A DNA stretch of 64,000 nt from Octopus sinensis (taxonomy: Eukaryota): NCBI RefSeq assembly GCF_006345805.1, contig NC_043008.1:3596001-3660000 (forward strand), written 5' to 3'. A program made the translations under genes and the position numbers. Of the stretch, positions 13,661-28,190 are shown piece by piece. The stretch's first letter is position 1; each line of letters begins with the position of its first letter. Below the pieces are notes generated by a model, which was not told the DNA's origin, did not search any database, and saw nothing but the letters and a program-made list of their open reading frames with translations.

Positions 13661-14269
13661 GTGATCAGTGGTGTGCCAAAGCATCTGATATTCTGATCGA
13701 TACAGTGATGTTGTGATATATATACATAAATGTGTGTGTGTGTGTGTGCTTATAAGGGGTGACGGACAGTGTAATATTTACTGCAGTTTTCACTCTCAAT
13801 AAAAATGATCTTTTTACAAATGTTCATTACCTTACACAAACTATATCAGCTAAGCAAATAACCTTCTCTAAATAAATCAAAAACAGCAGAACATATTCGA
13901 AACACTATATCAGAAAATTATCTCCGTTCTCTTTGAGCATATAAAAGACAAATTTAGGTGGGGCAAAACGAGTAAGACAAAATAGCGTAAAGTTGCTGAA
14001 TCAGTTTTCCAGAATTATATTTCAAAAGTAATCATACACATCAATGTCTGTCCTTAAACACCGGGAATATCAAAATTGCAACAAAAATTTTAAAAAGGAA
14101 AAACGATACATGATACAAAACTCGTCTAAGTCTAAAAGCTCGACATAAACTATTCCGTGAAGCTTCCCGATCTGCTGCAGTGGCTCCCTTCCTCGTATAT
14201 TTAAGTACCCTGCAGTTAGAGAGAAGAAATTGATGAAACTCATCAAATTAGACATTAAGGGGGAAAAAG

Positions 14270-14590
14270 AAACTTGATTTGGAATCCAAGTCTAGTGAAG
14301 TTGAACATCTTATCTGATCACCACAGTCCCCAGAACTCCATATTGAACATTTATGGTGCATTTTAGAAAAACAAGTAAGGAGTTGATATCCTCCACCATC
14401 ATCAGTACAAGAACTGGAGACTATTTTAACTGAAGAATGAACAAAAATTTTTTGGGAACAATTCAAACTTTGCACGAGTCTGTACCTCGTAGAATTCATG
14501 CTGCAATTACTACCAAAGGCGGTCCTAACCCATATTAAAATTAATTTGTTTGAAATTTTAAGGTGTCTCCATTATTTTGTCCAACCCCAG
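14270..14590 (+). mobile_element. Tc1-like transposon 3' remnant with TIR
   Basis: SPQSPELHIEHLWCILEKQVR..PPPSSVQELE (WPPQSPDLNPIEHLW) and a ..KGGPNPY* end; terminal GGTGTCTCCATTATTTTGTCCAACCCCAG|TA. Confidence 0.85.
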
Positions 14591-14615
14591 TATATGTATG
14601 TACTCATATATATAT

Positions 14616-15003
14616 ACTAGCAGTATCGCCCGGCGTTGTAAGGGAAATAACTATATAAGCATTTTTAGAGAGTTATAGCCAAAAAATAGCAAAAAAATGC
14701 ATTAAAAATTGAAAAAAAATTAAGGTAAATTTTTTTTTTAAATCGTTGACACATCGTAGATATTTTTAGAGAGTTACTTCCCTTATATAAAAGCGAAAAA
14801 ATGCATTAAAATGGAAAAATATGATGGTAAATTTTTTTTAAATCGTAGACTCATCGTAGACGCGCGCTAATACCCAGAAGGGCTCTATATGAATCACGAC
14901 TATAAGATACCCGCTTTTGGTTAAACTGCACCGCAAAATGTGGGAGTAGTTACGAATCTAAATCGAAGGGGACAGACACACAACTTCACTCTTATATAAA
15001 GAT
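14616..15003 (+). mobile_element. Non-autonomous Helitron/Helentron-like element
   Basis: Starts ACTAGCAGTATCGCCCGGCGTTG and ends CTTATATAAAGAT, the terminal pattern of DINE-1/Lep1-type elements. Contains an internal ~100-bp tandem duplication (14660-14860). Confidence 0.6.
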
Positions 15004-15794
15004 GCTTTTTTTTTCAGTCATAGAGTTAGATTTATGAAGGTCTTCAGTAGAAAATCCTTCGAATTCTGACTCGCTGCTTGATATAATGAAATTCGTATCC
15101 ATTTTTTGTCAGAATTACAAATTTTGAAAACATAATAGGAACAAATTTCGGAAAAAAATCTCCCATAATTCACGGAATTAAAATTACACTTTGATTTTTG
15201 TACAAAACTGTATTTGAAGTGTTTACGAAGTATAATACGTGTTTTCACGAATGTACTAAAGAGATTTACTCTGATATTCTCATTTAAATATGAATAGGTA
15301 AATTCGGGTGGTTTGGTAACGAAAGGGTTTATATAAGTGTCGTCTGTTTATACATAAACACTGTTTCATACTTTCAGTTTAGTCTTCCTCAAATCACTCT
15401 GTCGCTAATTTACTCTCTTCCAAGAACATTGTCACTCACTGTTATCTGTTAGCTTCCCATACATTTTACTCATGTATCTATCAGCGTGATAGAGAGAAAC
15501 AAATATTACATCTAGTTTCACTTTATTCGTTACACACTGTGTGTGTGCGTTTGCGTGTGGTGTAAACCAGACTAAGAAAAGCATTTGACACACACACCAG
15601 AATGTGAGTTTTCTGTAAATTTTGCTTAATTGGAGTTTAAATTTTAAAAACTGGACCTGGCATGACGCGATGTATTGTACTCTTAAAAATGCTAGGTAAA
15701 TTGTAATTGAAGAAATCCTATATTGTAGATTTGTATAACTCCCAAAGGGAGGCAGATAAAATCTGCCTTTTATAATAAGATATATATATATATG

Positions 15795-15838
<44 letters not shown>

Positions 15839-17134
15839 CAGAGACAGACAGACAGACAGATACACGTGCACACATACAAATGTGTGTGTGTGTGCGTGTA
15901 TTTGTAAACATACATATATTACCGATCTGTATACATACTTAGAACATAAATACTGTAGAAAACTTTCTAAGCTGTGCTGTTCATCTCCAGAAACTATCTT
16001 GTATAGATACATTGCGTTAAAAGAAATCCCAGGCAAAGATCGCCTGACAAGGTTGGTGGCATTGCTAGATATGGGTTTCTGCTTTGTTTTAGCTTTATCA
16101 GAAGTAAATATTCACTGTCACCACATGCCAAGCAAACATCATCGCTGATAATGTAAAGCAGATACTGAAAGGTCATAGATGCCGCATTTAACCGACAGGT
16201 CGAATTACAATTTCCGGATTAGTTGAGATTAGCGATCTGTATACACACTTAAAATATACATTCTGTTGAAAGCCTTCTAAACTGCGGAATTCGTCTCGAG
16301 AAAGCATCTGACGTTGCAGTGTTAGTTGGTGTATGGCTCCTGAAAAATATTGTTTTTGAGAAGGGGTCCTATCCCCCGCATCAGAAGCAAAAGAGTGATC
16401 TGTTGGATCAGTTTAAAAAGAATTCTTAAATACCAGTTTTTATATAATTACTCATATATTTTTAACAGCGATTCCAAAATCAAATCACTTCTTCACTGAG
16501 AACTGTTTTCAGTTTTGTTACTGTAATTTCTATCTATATGCTAATTTGACTATGGACCACACCTCCACGCCGTAAATATTTTTGAAAGAATTCATTTAGC
16601 AAAATATTTCAAAATGAAGACAAAAACAAATGCATAAACGCATAGAAAATATTTAAATTGTTCTTTTATTTTCTTCTTAAGCTTGCCTGCTAGTATTAAT
16701 ACATCGAACAAACATGTAATAGCAACAACAGACGAGCGTTTTCTGCTTCTTTATGCACGGTTAAGAGCAAATGTCAATAGTAATTCTTCACTTATGTTTT
16801 GTATTATCATAAACTGGTTCGCTATAATCTTTATTTGTGTTGTAATGATGTTTTTAAAATAATATTTTGCGCTGTTTACAATTTTCAACAAACACACACA
16901 TACACACATACGCACAAACACACCCACTCAAATGAAAAAGAAATAAAATCTAAACCTGCAGCGCCAAGCAAAACTAGCAAATGTAATTTTTTCCATTTTA
17001 TACGCTGCTTCGCCAAAAAAGTCTTTTATTTTATATTTCATATAAAAACGGTAAAATTTAACTTGCTTCCATAGACCGCGAGAATAGGAAACAAGTTTTT
17101 GTATTAAATACAAGGAAACATTTCTCGATAAAGT

Positions 17135-17190
<56 letters not shown>

Positions 17191-17469
17191 GTGTGTGCGT
17201 GCGTTTGTGTGTGTGTGTAAATATACACAGACATTTATATATACATTTACCATTTACAGATGTATACATGTATATGCATATACATGTATACATCTGTATA
17301 CATATATAAAACGTTATTGTGATTAATGGTCATGGTTGGAACGTCTTAGTATTATTTCCTAATATCCTTTTTTGCAACAATAAAATTTTATAATTCTATA
17401 TAAAATATAGCAGAATACTTTTAAATTGTGCATACACTCATACACACAGGTTTATGCATATAGACACAC

Positions 17470-17546
<77 letters not shown>

Positions 17547-17719
17547 CATACTCACACACGTACATACACACGCATATATATTACTACTAGTACGTAGCTA
17601 GCCATACACGTTGTAACATCTATAGTTTATTTTTAACCAACGGAAAAGAAATGAATAAAATGTTACAAACATTGATTTTTGTTGCATTTGTCACTTAATA
17701 TTTATATTTTACTTTGTAG

Positions 17720-17857
17720 TTCAGTTCTGGGAAAATGTTTGAAGAATATAAAAAAAAAAACCTGCAGCAGAGACAGAATATGCCAATGCAAGATGAAGCT
17801 CTGGAAAGCAATGAGCGAATGACTAATGACCAGCCATCACCAGCAACGGGATTCAAG
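17720..17857 (+). CDS. Internal (or first) coding exon, 138 nt: FSSGKMFEEYKKKNLQQRQNMPMQDEALESNERMTNDQPSPATGFK
   Basis: Acceptor TATATTTTACTTTGTAG, donor AAG|GTAAGC, 46 open codons, phase 0-0. Product unknown; it could alternatively belong to the adjacent hAT element. Confidence 0.55.
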
Positions 17858-17957
17858 GTAAGCACGATAATCTTGATTATCTTGGGGTTGGATCAGCCAT
17901 AGCCGCAAATTTATGAGGCAAAATAAGTTTATAACTACACACAAACACGCGCGAGCG

Positions 17958-18210
17958 CGCATGGTGGCTGTGTTGTAGGAAGTTGGCTTTCCTACAACAT
18001 GTTCCGGTTTCAGACATGCTGCGAGTCATCTAGGGCAAGAGTCTTCTATCAACTGCCTTACAACCGGGGTTGTTTTGTTTACGTACGCGTTACTTTGCAG
18101 CTCGGGAAAACAGACCGATGTGTACTAAGGTCGATTCGTTCGACTAAATTCTTTCAAAGTGCTACCCCAGGGTGACTGCAGTCCAATGATTAAAATAAGT
18201 AAAAAATAAA
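17958..18210 (+). mobile_element. Degenerate tRNA-derived SINE, family B
   Basis: GTGGCTGTGTTGTAGG head, GGGCAAGAGTCTTCTA and TTCGACTAAA..GCAGTCCAATGATTAAAATAAG tail, as in the copy at 50876. Confidence 0.7.
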
Positions 18211-18429
18211 GTTTACTTATTATAAACTGAAGCACAATTGCTATTTAAAGCTGGTGGGAATAATTAGGAAAAAGGAAAAGCTCCACAACTGGAAAAGACT
18301 CGATGTCAGAAATCAACATTGCATTTACTGATGAAAGGATTAAGACTGGCACTGAATTATTTCTAAAAGTTTGAGACTGAATTATCGAGAATCTAGAAGC
18401 TTATGTTCCCAAGGATTAAAACGAAACAA

Positions 18430-20260
18430 TCAGGTAACTTCCAGGCCTTTTTGTTTTTTTACAGCAGCACATAAAAAAGGAGAAAATATATAAAGAAGAA
18501 TGGCTGCGTTGGAGTTATGTGAAGCCGTCACAGAGTCGTGCATCTTGCTTTTGTTAAAATGGGTTCGATTTACCTTCGTATATGAGTGAATTAATCGGTC
18601 GTTTAGGATTGACAGTTGAGAAAGGTTGGAGAAAATGGAAGGATCAAATTGCATGTCATGAGTTATTCTCACTTCAACAAGCAAATTTAAGGCGAGAATA
18701 AGCGGTGCTTCAACAGCAATTTACGGATGTATTGTTAACCTGATCAAGGCCAAATATAAGAAATAGAAAAGAAAAAGTCTTCCTTGCCTTATTTATATCA
18801 GATCTTTTTGAAGGTGGGGAGTGTGTGGATGGGGGCTTGTTCTTCGCAGATCTGAACAAATTGGTGACAATCATAATGGAACTTTGCAGAATTTTTGCTA
18901 AGCTCCAGATCAAGTATGATTCATCATTTAATCAACATATCACACGTGTTCAGTCTCACAGAAGACTGCAACAAGGATACCTGTACACTACCTATCCAAT
19001 AATATACAAAACGAGTTCACTGCAACCTGCGGATGATTTGTGCAAAAAGAACATTACTGTCGATATAAAACCTGCAAAGTATTTCCAATTTCAACTGAGG
19101 GAACGTCTGATTGTTCTTACAAAAGTAGTTATTCATCCTCACGTGTATGAAGAGGAAAGATTTTCATGACAAAACGAAGGAATTGCACCTAAAACTGTAA
19201 TCTTCTTAGTCATTCTTAATTTGAACTCATTGGATCGAGCATTTGACGACGGTTCGCATATGGTCGGAAATTACAGAAATGTGCAAACTATTTTAAAGAG
19301 GAGGAATGACAAATACATTTGTGCAAATAATATTCTGATGCCATTGATACAGTTTGTGCTAAAACCTGCAAAAGATAAACATCATTATTTCGAATAATGC
19401 AAATCCTGTGCATGCTGTAACATGAATGATGAATAAGAATTGGCGAGTAAGATTAATTGCGTGCCGTTTAGATTGTGTGAGAAATACAGCATTAGAAAAG
19501 AATTAAGTCAACAATTTGACGGTATAAGTTGGATCTTCAGGGTATCGAAAAGTACCGAGATGTCTTTGAATGTAAATTGAAGATGCCGGCTATTTGGATT
19601 AAAATGCTAACACTGATCCATGGAACCAACTCGGTAAACATTCTCATGGTGCAATATCGGTCGTAGCAAGGGACAACCTTGATTGTCTATGAGTAGATAT
19701 CTTGAATCTAGGATAGAAATGGAATGCTTTATTTTTAAAAAACGCTATATTTTCGAATCTGGTGCTGCGTTGGGTAGTTCTGCTAATCACAGGTGTTTCT
19801 CGACTCTAAAGGCTGATGCTGAAAATTACTTCTTCGCCATAATGGACTTTGTTATCAACGTCCTTTCATGTCGACTTTTAGCAGTGAAAGTCATTTGTGA
19901 AAGCTTTGATTTCTGTGGCACTTTAAGCTGTTAGAGGAGAATGTGCAACTACAAAAAAGAAAATTCAATCAGATTCATTTATGCTATACAAGTTATATTT
20001 CAAGTGACATCAACAATCAAATGCATTTCATAAAAGAATATTTGATGTGAATTTCAATTCTTGATAAAAATACCGGAGAAAATTTATCAAGAATTGAAAT
20101 TTCACAAAGCTTTGTCAAATATCTTTATCGCGTTCCACACCTTTTTCTGTCATTGCCTGCAACAGGGGCTTTTAATTAGAAAAACTTAAGTTTTTCTTAA
20201 ATGAATTTAGTTATACTTCTTGCCCACAATAATTCATCAACGTTTGAAAGGTTCACAACA
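18430..20260 (+). mobile_element. Decayed hAT transposase (ZMYM1-like type)
   Basis: EWLRWSYVKPSQSRASCFC (TTF zinc finger), YDSSFNQHI, IKPAKYF, ENYFFAIMDFVINVL..ESFDF and a hATC-like tail near 20150; many stops and frameshifts. Confidence 0.7.
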
Positions 20261-20679
20261 TCAGCAGTGAACTCAAAAAGTACTTAATTGCCTTAGTGTT
20301 ACCCAACTGGAAACATTTCAGTATGGGAAGAAGTGATGATCATTTCTGAGCTAAGATTTTGAACACAGAAAAAACAATTATATTCAGTGTTACTTATTAT
20401 AACAGTTCTACGCTTTGTGCCGAATTGATTATAAATATTATTGCTTTCGATCACATTCCTTATTAATTGCATCTTTGTAATTCTTTTAATTCTGTAATGC
20501 TGCTTGCAAATAAATCGTGTATACTCAATGTATGCATCTGTAATCCAAGTATAAATACTATGTATTTAGCACCAATTATCAAAATATTTTAGCAACAGTC
20601 CAAATATATGCCTGTAAGTACCCTTCCATATATCCACATCAATGAAGTGACCATGAGCACAAGAATGTGTCCTAACTAC

Positions 20680-21030
20680 GCTAAATCATTCGTTGACTAA
20701 GTCAAGTCCAAAATCTATTCTCAATTCACTGATCCCACCTTCACGCATGAGCACTACTTCCACATACGTCTGCCTTCCACCTCTCTTCTCCCATACATTC
20801 ACATCTTTCACAAACGCACGCGCTCACTTCTTTTCACCTGACATCTGTCACATTTCTACGAAGGTAACACTGTTTGAAACTGCTTCAGTTTTTATCCTAT
20901 GCCTTTCATTAGCTACAATATGACACATTCTTTTCCAAACACCATTGAAAGATGTTTTTGCCCAAGTATATCTAATATTTTATATTCTGGGTACAACACC
21001 AACTTTCCAGACTCTTATCGTCTGGAAGCT
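20680..21030 (+). mobile_element. Possible CR1-like LINE 3' remnant
   Basis: Weak similarity (THSFPNTI...NFPDSYRL) to the LINE C-terminal pattern SF.P.T..LWNSLP..VFP..YNL. Confidence 0.3.
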
Positions 21031-22776
21031 CTTGTATTCTACACTTATTTACAAATAGGTACTTCAAATTCCCGCCACTGCCAGACCAGTTTTCTGGTCC
21101 CTTGAACAGACCAGTATCTTGCACTGTGCCCGAACTAATATACTTGTATCATTTATTGTAATATACATATTTATATAATTTGTGTGGGAATGTCACTAAT
21201 TCCGAAACGTTTTGAAATCAAACATTCCGAAATATAGATGTTGTAGATTTAGTTGTATATTGCTTAAATGTTACCACAGCTGTTTCGAAGACAGTTGCAT
21301 GTAAATGTTCCTCTTAACCAACTGACTTAAAATATTAGGAAACTCGCTGGATCTAAGTTTTAGTAGCGACGTTATATTCACTGAAGTAAAAATCATTCCA
21401 GCAGATGGATAGTTTATAGTGAATTCAGTTTTGAAAGATGACCGAGAACATTACCCAAAAGCAGATGTACCTACGTTTCGGGCTTATTTGCCTCAGAGTA
21501 ACAACTGGCAGTAGGCTTCCCCATCGAACACAAGTGTAAGTACCAGTTTGGCAACTTACACTGTACACATGCATAAGTTTTGCTAGTCATGTATATCTAT
21601 ACGTACATGTATACATTCATACATACATATAGCGACACTCAAATCTATATATGAGATGGGTACAAAGATAAGCGGCAGACAGAGCTAGCGTGCCTTCTTT
21701 TTAGTATTGTGGGAGTGAGTAAAGAAGAGCAGTCAAACGACATTAGAAAGAAGAGACTCTTACTGGCTGGTATTGTTGAAATAGTTGGTACGAATTAAAG
21801 GTTATACAGCGAGAAATAGCTGAACAATTATCAAAAAAAGAGAGAGAGAAACAAGGAGAGAAAGAAGAAAAAAAAGCAAAAGGTAATGTTTAAATAAGTA
21901 GGAACGGTTATGTCTTGAATTGTTGGAATAAAGTAAATTAGAAAAGTTTCTCATTGATTGAAGCAGTTAATTAACCACGGGGAAAGTGATAATGATAAAA
22001 ACACACAGACAACTAGAGGAAAAGATTGGAAGTCAATAAAGTAATTAAAAAATGTGAGCAGCATTATTTTTACATAAGCTGGATCAGAGTGAAGGGAAGG
22101 CTTAGAAAGGGAGGGGAAAATGTATGTGAAAGAGAGACAGAGAGACAGAGAGAGAGAGGGGGAGGAGGAGAGGAGTTGGGGAGAGAGTTAGTAAGAGTAA
22201 AGGGTGTGAAATGAGATTTTGAAAGTGTTCTTCAAATATGGAGGAGGTGCATGTCTACTGACATAGAGAGGGAAAGAAGGAAAGCAAATGTTAGAGTTTG
22301 TTGGAGATTGAGGTTAATAGACAGGGAAAGTAAGAGGGAGAGTGATAGAGTGGGAGAGAGAGAGAAGCAGTAACAGAGAAAAGGAGTCCTGAGAGTGAGA
22401 GCAAATGAGACAGAAAGAGATAGATTTTGGCAGAATTTGGTTCTTTGGAAAATGTTTGGTATTTTAAAGAGTGGAATGAATAAAAGTTTGTTTTTTTCTT
22501 TCTTTCCTTTGTTTTTGAGAGAAAGTAAGTGAATTTGAGATATTGAAAGAGAAAGGAAAGGAGATGAAAGAAAAAAACTGTGACTTAGCGACAGCAAATG
22601 AGAAAGTCCGAGGAATATTTAGGAAATTGTTAGACAGTGGGTGGTTTCTATACAAATGCTGGGATTGAGAGAAAAAAGAAAAGAAACGGAGATTAGGAAT
22701 AAGAGGTGTGAAAAGATAGAGAACACGTACGTAAAATTATTCTACAAAGCTTGGTGAAATACCTAACTGTAAAATA

Positions 22777-22821
<45 letters not shown>

Positions 22822-22853
22822 CATACATACATACAGACATACATTTATATATA

Positions 22854-24080
22854 CAGGCATACCTCACCCTCCGTCGTTAATTGGTTCCAGGAGACACGAC
22901 TTAAGTCGAATTAACTTGTCTCTAATCTAAACCGATAATAACCATTCTCAGTTTTGTACTTTATGAATGGATTTTCAATAATACATGGTTAAGGAAAACC
23001 TATTTTAAGCTTACAAACAAATAATTTTAAATTTTTAATACAGTACAGTAAAAAAAAAAGTAATCTAACTTTACGAATGCAGTTTGATGGAGTTTACCGT
23101 CCATGGCGGACGCTTTATTTATGAATGCGGTTTGCAATAAGACATGGTAAATTAAAAACCTTTTTTAAGCTTAATAAACAAATTCAGTAATTATTATTAT
23201 TTTGCAAAAGTAAAACAAACTAAATTATTTTTAATTTACCAATACGTACATACAATTTGGTGGTTTACATCGCGGATGCAGATGGCTGTGGATCGTCAAC
23301 ATCAGCAGAGGACTCTGGCTTTTCTTGTTGTTCGATGCACTTAAAAAAACAGTTGAGAGTTCCTTAAACTGTCTTCTATTCCTCAAGGATTATATTATAA
23401 GGACCAAAAGCTTCGTGACAAGCCCCCATAATCTTGGGAAAGCATTGAGTATTTGGATCCATATCCTCGAACATAGAAATACCTTTTTCGATATATGCAA
23501 ATGCTTGCCACATTTTCTTAATGGTAAAGTGACGCGGCTCAGATTCAACTTCCTTTTCTTTTTTATTTTGCTGCTCGTGAAGCCCCACCAAATCCTCGTT
23601 CGTCAGGGGCTGCTTGTCTTTTTTCAAATAAATCTGAGTCCAGCCAGCTAGCCACGATCTTTCTTTCTTGGCCTGACTGCCGACCACCAACACCTCTTAT
23701 GTTCATCTCCTATGTTCCTGCCTTCAGGCTTTCACTTCATACACGCCAGCTCAAGTTGATTTGTTCTCAGTCGAAAGACACCTGTTGTTATTTTCTTGTT
23801 TGTATTCGTAATTGTGTACCATGTTCTCCGTTTTAGGTCTTTTTGTGTACCATGCTCTCCATTTTTTGTCTTTGTTGCCGTACACATTCGCTAACTTTCT
23901 TACAAAGGGATCTAATGCTCTTAGCTTAGACTTTTGGGGAGGCAACCAGATCGAACCGTCTTAAGTGTAACTGCCCAAAACGGTCGTGACTTCTGGTACT
24001 TAACTGAGGAAAGAATGACCCGTCCTTTTTTCGCTTGTCCTTCTAATTGTTGTTTCTCTTGTCCGCCTTTGTATCATCTA
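22854..24080 (-). mobile_element. Tigger/pogo-like transposon remnant with one TIR
   Basis: TA|CAGGCATACCTC terminus at 22854; PLTNEDL..EPRHFTIKKMWQAFAYIEKGISMFEDMDPN matches the Tigger transposase C-terminus. Confidence 0.8.
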
Positions 24081-24129
24081 TCTGCCCGAATGTTTTATTG
24101 TCCTCTATTGCGTTTTTGTTCCATTTATA

Positions 24130-24280
24130 CGTATGTATGTATGTATGTAAGTATGTATGTATGGATGGATGGATGGATGGATGGATGGATGGATGGATGG
24201 ATGAATGGATGGACGGATGGATGGATGGATGCATGCATGCATGGATGCATGGATGGCTGCATGGATGGATAGATGGATGC
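24130..24280. repeat. (TATG)n/(ATGG)n microsatellite
   Basis: Directly visible. Confidence 0.9.
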
Positions 24281-26599
24281 ATGTGTGTATATGTTTTTAT
24301 TTTACTTAAAGCACTTTTTGATTATATGTGTACACACATGCATACTTACATAAATACATACATACATATATGCATGCATACATATCATTATAAGTGCATT
24401 AGGTTTTGTACCAACAATTTGCGCAAAAAAAAAAATAGAAAAACTCGGATCCACGGAAAAAGAACAAATGAAACTGACGCGGATTCTCCAAATCCAATTT
24501 ATACGTGGCGCAATGAAGATTTGTAAAACATTCCAAAAATGAAAGAAGTGATTCTGCTTTTCGAAATCAGTGTTCATTGGGACAACTTTTACATCACATG
24601 ATCCAATCCCGAGGAATTACATGCGACTTAAAGCCAACGAATTCAACCACCGATTCCCTCAGTATATGAAAACCTACAAGTCATGGACTTGAAAGAGTTC
24701 ATATGCTGAACTGTCCCACCCAATAGTTGATCTGAAGTTTGCTCCATTGTACCGTCAGGTGTTGAGATGCGGGTCATTACCTGTTATTGTCGACCTGAGA
24801 AATTCTCATCAGTATTACGGTTGCCATATTTGGTGAATTGCTTTCTTACTTCCTGGATATGTCAGGGATGCACTACAAGTCCCAACAACAAAGTTTACAT
24901 TTTCTCAGAACAGCTGAATTGAAGAATAGAATCTCTCCCAATTGATTTACCGCAGACTATGACCTTGATCTCTTTAAATTCCGTATTAAGAAGTACCCTT
25001 ACTAATGTCGGCAATTTCTTTTATTCTAATATTTTTATCGGTTCCTCTAATACCATTTCCATTTATTGTGTTTTATCGGCGCCTTTTTCGTTTTTCTTCT
25101 TTTTTTTTTGTTATCTCATTTACTGAATTTTATTACCGCCAATTTTTTTTTATTAGTTCTTTTATTACCATCTAATCGTATTTCATTAATGTTTTTATTG
25201 CCATCTTTTATTTGCTATCTTAAATATGCATGTATATATAGAGAGCTTTTGTGGCATTAATGCAACTTCCTTCCTATCCTCAAATACATTGTCTAGAATT
25301 GGGCTACAGACCTTTTTTAGGATGATTTCACAAAATATAAAAAAAAGAAAAATATATTGTATATCTGTCTGGCCTACCTTAAAATAGATTTACAGTGAAC
25401 TTTACTGAAATCCACCAGCTGCTATTTGCAACATTTAGCAAAGAGTGAATAACCAAAGGAAACGCATCGTGCATTCTACTTATACTCTCTGAGCGAGTCA
25501 GGATACCCGGTCGCACGGCTTTCGCAGCAAAACTGTAGACTACAGTTGTTTAGCAGATTTCGGGACAACTGTAGATTACCAGGTCAGTAACAATATACTG
25601 TGCTTTTATCAGAACCTTTAAGCATTTAAGGCCCGGGTCTCTCAGAAAGGTTCAATATTCCATTTCTTCATAAATAGCTGTACTCTTTGAGAAAAGCATT
25701 AGTCTCCAGCTATTGTAATTTGGCATCCTATCTCAAAGGTAATACGAATTAGGGATATGCTGAAAATGGTAACATACATCAAGTCTCAGAGTACTTATAA
25801 TCAAAAGTATATGATGCAATCAATAGGAAGTTTAAGATGAAGAAAAGACTTATTACAGATTATTCATTATGCAATGATAGAATGCACTGCACAAACACCG
25901 AACGAATAGCAAAGAAGGTCTGTGAGGAGATCCAATATGGATACGTTGTATCATGAAATATAATACGTTGACTAAAGCTTACCAAATGTGCAAGAAATGC
26001 TAAAAAAACCAACGCTTCATGGTGTAGATAATATGGCAGTTACAGTGAAAAGTAAAAACAGCGCGGAAATTACTAGCAGATAAAATTATTAATTTCTGTA
26101 ATTATATTTATGCACTTTCTTATTATGTCACTCACACTTCAAAATTTATTTTCAAAATCCAGTTAATGAATTCCTCGCTAGATTAATGTAATATTTTATT
26201 TTCCGGTAATAAATTGACAATTATTGGCAATTAGCAGGGTCCTCCGTTCATTCGTCTCATATAATGTTGAAGTGTTCTTGGGTACTGCGTTGATTATATG
26301 TTTATAAATGTTTCGGTTCCTGGGTGTGAGAGCATTGGTGTTTCTTTAACTGCTTTTGAGTGGTCATCTTTCTGTGGAGATCAGATAGCTAAAATACCTG
26401 AGTGAACTTTGAGGGCGAAACCAACTAACAGGGAAACGAAAAGAAGAAATCTTAGAATGATCTAAGCCAATAGGAAGGCGTCAGTTTTGAACTCGAACCT
26501 ACACCCACACTTTATCATATGACACATGATTCTCTTTTTAAAAGTGTCTGAACCGGGGTTAAAAAGACCCTATGAAAATTAACAAGGATGGTAATCAAC

Positions 26600-27100
26600 T
26601 GAAAGATAAAAATGGTCACTAAAACAGTGTTGCTAAAAACAATAAGTCATGAAAGGGAAAGTTTACAGTTGCAACCACAAGCAGGGAAGATGGCAGTAAG
26701 TTCAACCAATGATAATTTTCAAGATGAAAATGATGCCTCACTGTTGCATATTTTGTTCACGTTTGGGTGGATGGATGAACAAGTATGACATCACAGTGAT
26801 TTTCACCAATAACGAAATCATTTGTTACAGGACATAATGATCTGTCACTAAACAGAGCAAAGAATAGAAGCAGCTCAATTATATGTGGTAGGTTGGCTAC
26901 ACGTTTACAACCACATTGTTTGTCAGAACACCGTGTTTCGCTTCAAAGACTGTGCTTGTGGGTATTAGAAGGAACAGGTAATTAGCGGCAGAATATCGAA
27001 TTCAAATGATGGGAACATGCGTGGTCCGGAAATGGATATACTGTGGTCCATTGGCGATAAGGGAAAATCCCTGAAGAGCTAAATATTTTAATTAATGGAT
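26600..27100 (+). mobile_element. Decayed pogo-like (POGK-type) DDE transposase
   Basis: KTISHERE..FTV..DGSK..MIIFKMK (KTTGHEK.RFTV..ADG.KLPPMVIFK), GWMDE, GRLATRLQP (GGLTS.LQPLD) and EMDILW. Confidence 0.7.
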
Positions 27101-27962
27101 ACTACCGAGTACGATATGTTGTGTGAGAATAAGAAGGGGGAAACCCTCGAATCAGATGAATCAACCTTCATCTGATTCGAAGGTTAATAGTTAAGATGAT
27201 TCAGTGATTTCTGTACCTGAGGATGTACTTGAAATGTTGTTGATCTGCCTTTTGAAGGACTTGTATGCATAATGACTGCAGTAATGATACTTTTATTAAA
27301 ACAATAATGTGCGTACGTCATCAAAAATAACAACATAAATGATCGTTATTTGGTGTTTTTTTTTAAAGTATGATTCTTATTTATTACATATTTTTCTTTG
27401 CATATCAGAACCCAATTAATATAATGATGAAAAGTGATATGGAATTATAATGTAATGAATGGAATTATCAATATTTTACCGATAATAAAGTAATATATTT
27501 ATGAAACTCAAAAATAATATGCAGACTGAAAGTTAATACTATATAGTAAATGTGTCTCAATAGGTTGCAATTTGCTACATTGCTATATATCAAAATACAA
27601 AATATGTTGCAATTTACTGCAATATGTACAGCATTACACAAACTAGTTCAGGTTACATTTTTCAATAGCATTTATGTCTCATGATATAGTACATGCCGCA
27701 ATTAAAGGCCATGTTTACATTCTATAGTAGTATTATAAAGCTTGTACTAAACAGCGGTATTTGCAGTCCACGTTATAATACAAGCTGCAGTATGCAATAT
27801 TACGTTTCATCATACATAAGTTGCATCTCGGAGCGTTGTTCACATTTTGTAATGTAACACAGATTTCGGTTTACTCTTACAATTTACACTTTCTTACCGA
27901 ATGCACTTTCCGACAATATATTATTTCACGATATGTCATAGGTTGTACTTTGTAATATATAC

Positions 27963-28190
27963 GGCGAGCTGGCAGAAACGTTAGCACGCCGGGCGAAATG
28001 CGTAGCCGTATTTCGTCTGCCGTTACGTTGTGAGTTCAAATTCAGCCGAGGTCGACTTTGCCTTTCATCCTTTCAGGGTCGATAAATTAAGTACTAGTTA
28101 CGCACTGGGGTCGATGTAATCGACTTAATCCCTTTGTCTGTCGTTTTTTGTCCCGTCTGTGTGTAGCCCCCTGTGGGTAATAAAGAAATA
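27963..28190 (+). mobile_element. Full-length tRNA-derived SINE, family A
   Basis: GGCGAGCTGGCAGAAACGTTAGC A-box-like head, GAGTTCAAATTC B-box, conserved core and AAAGAAATA tail. Confidence 0.9.

Noticed and set aside
24790-24815. CUGAUGA on the minus strand (hammerhead core?)
   Set aside because: No GAAA or stem III follows. The other CUGANGA hits scanned (e.g. ~6718, ~27070, ~36910, ~51925) also lack the second core element.
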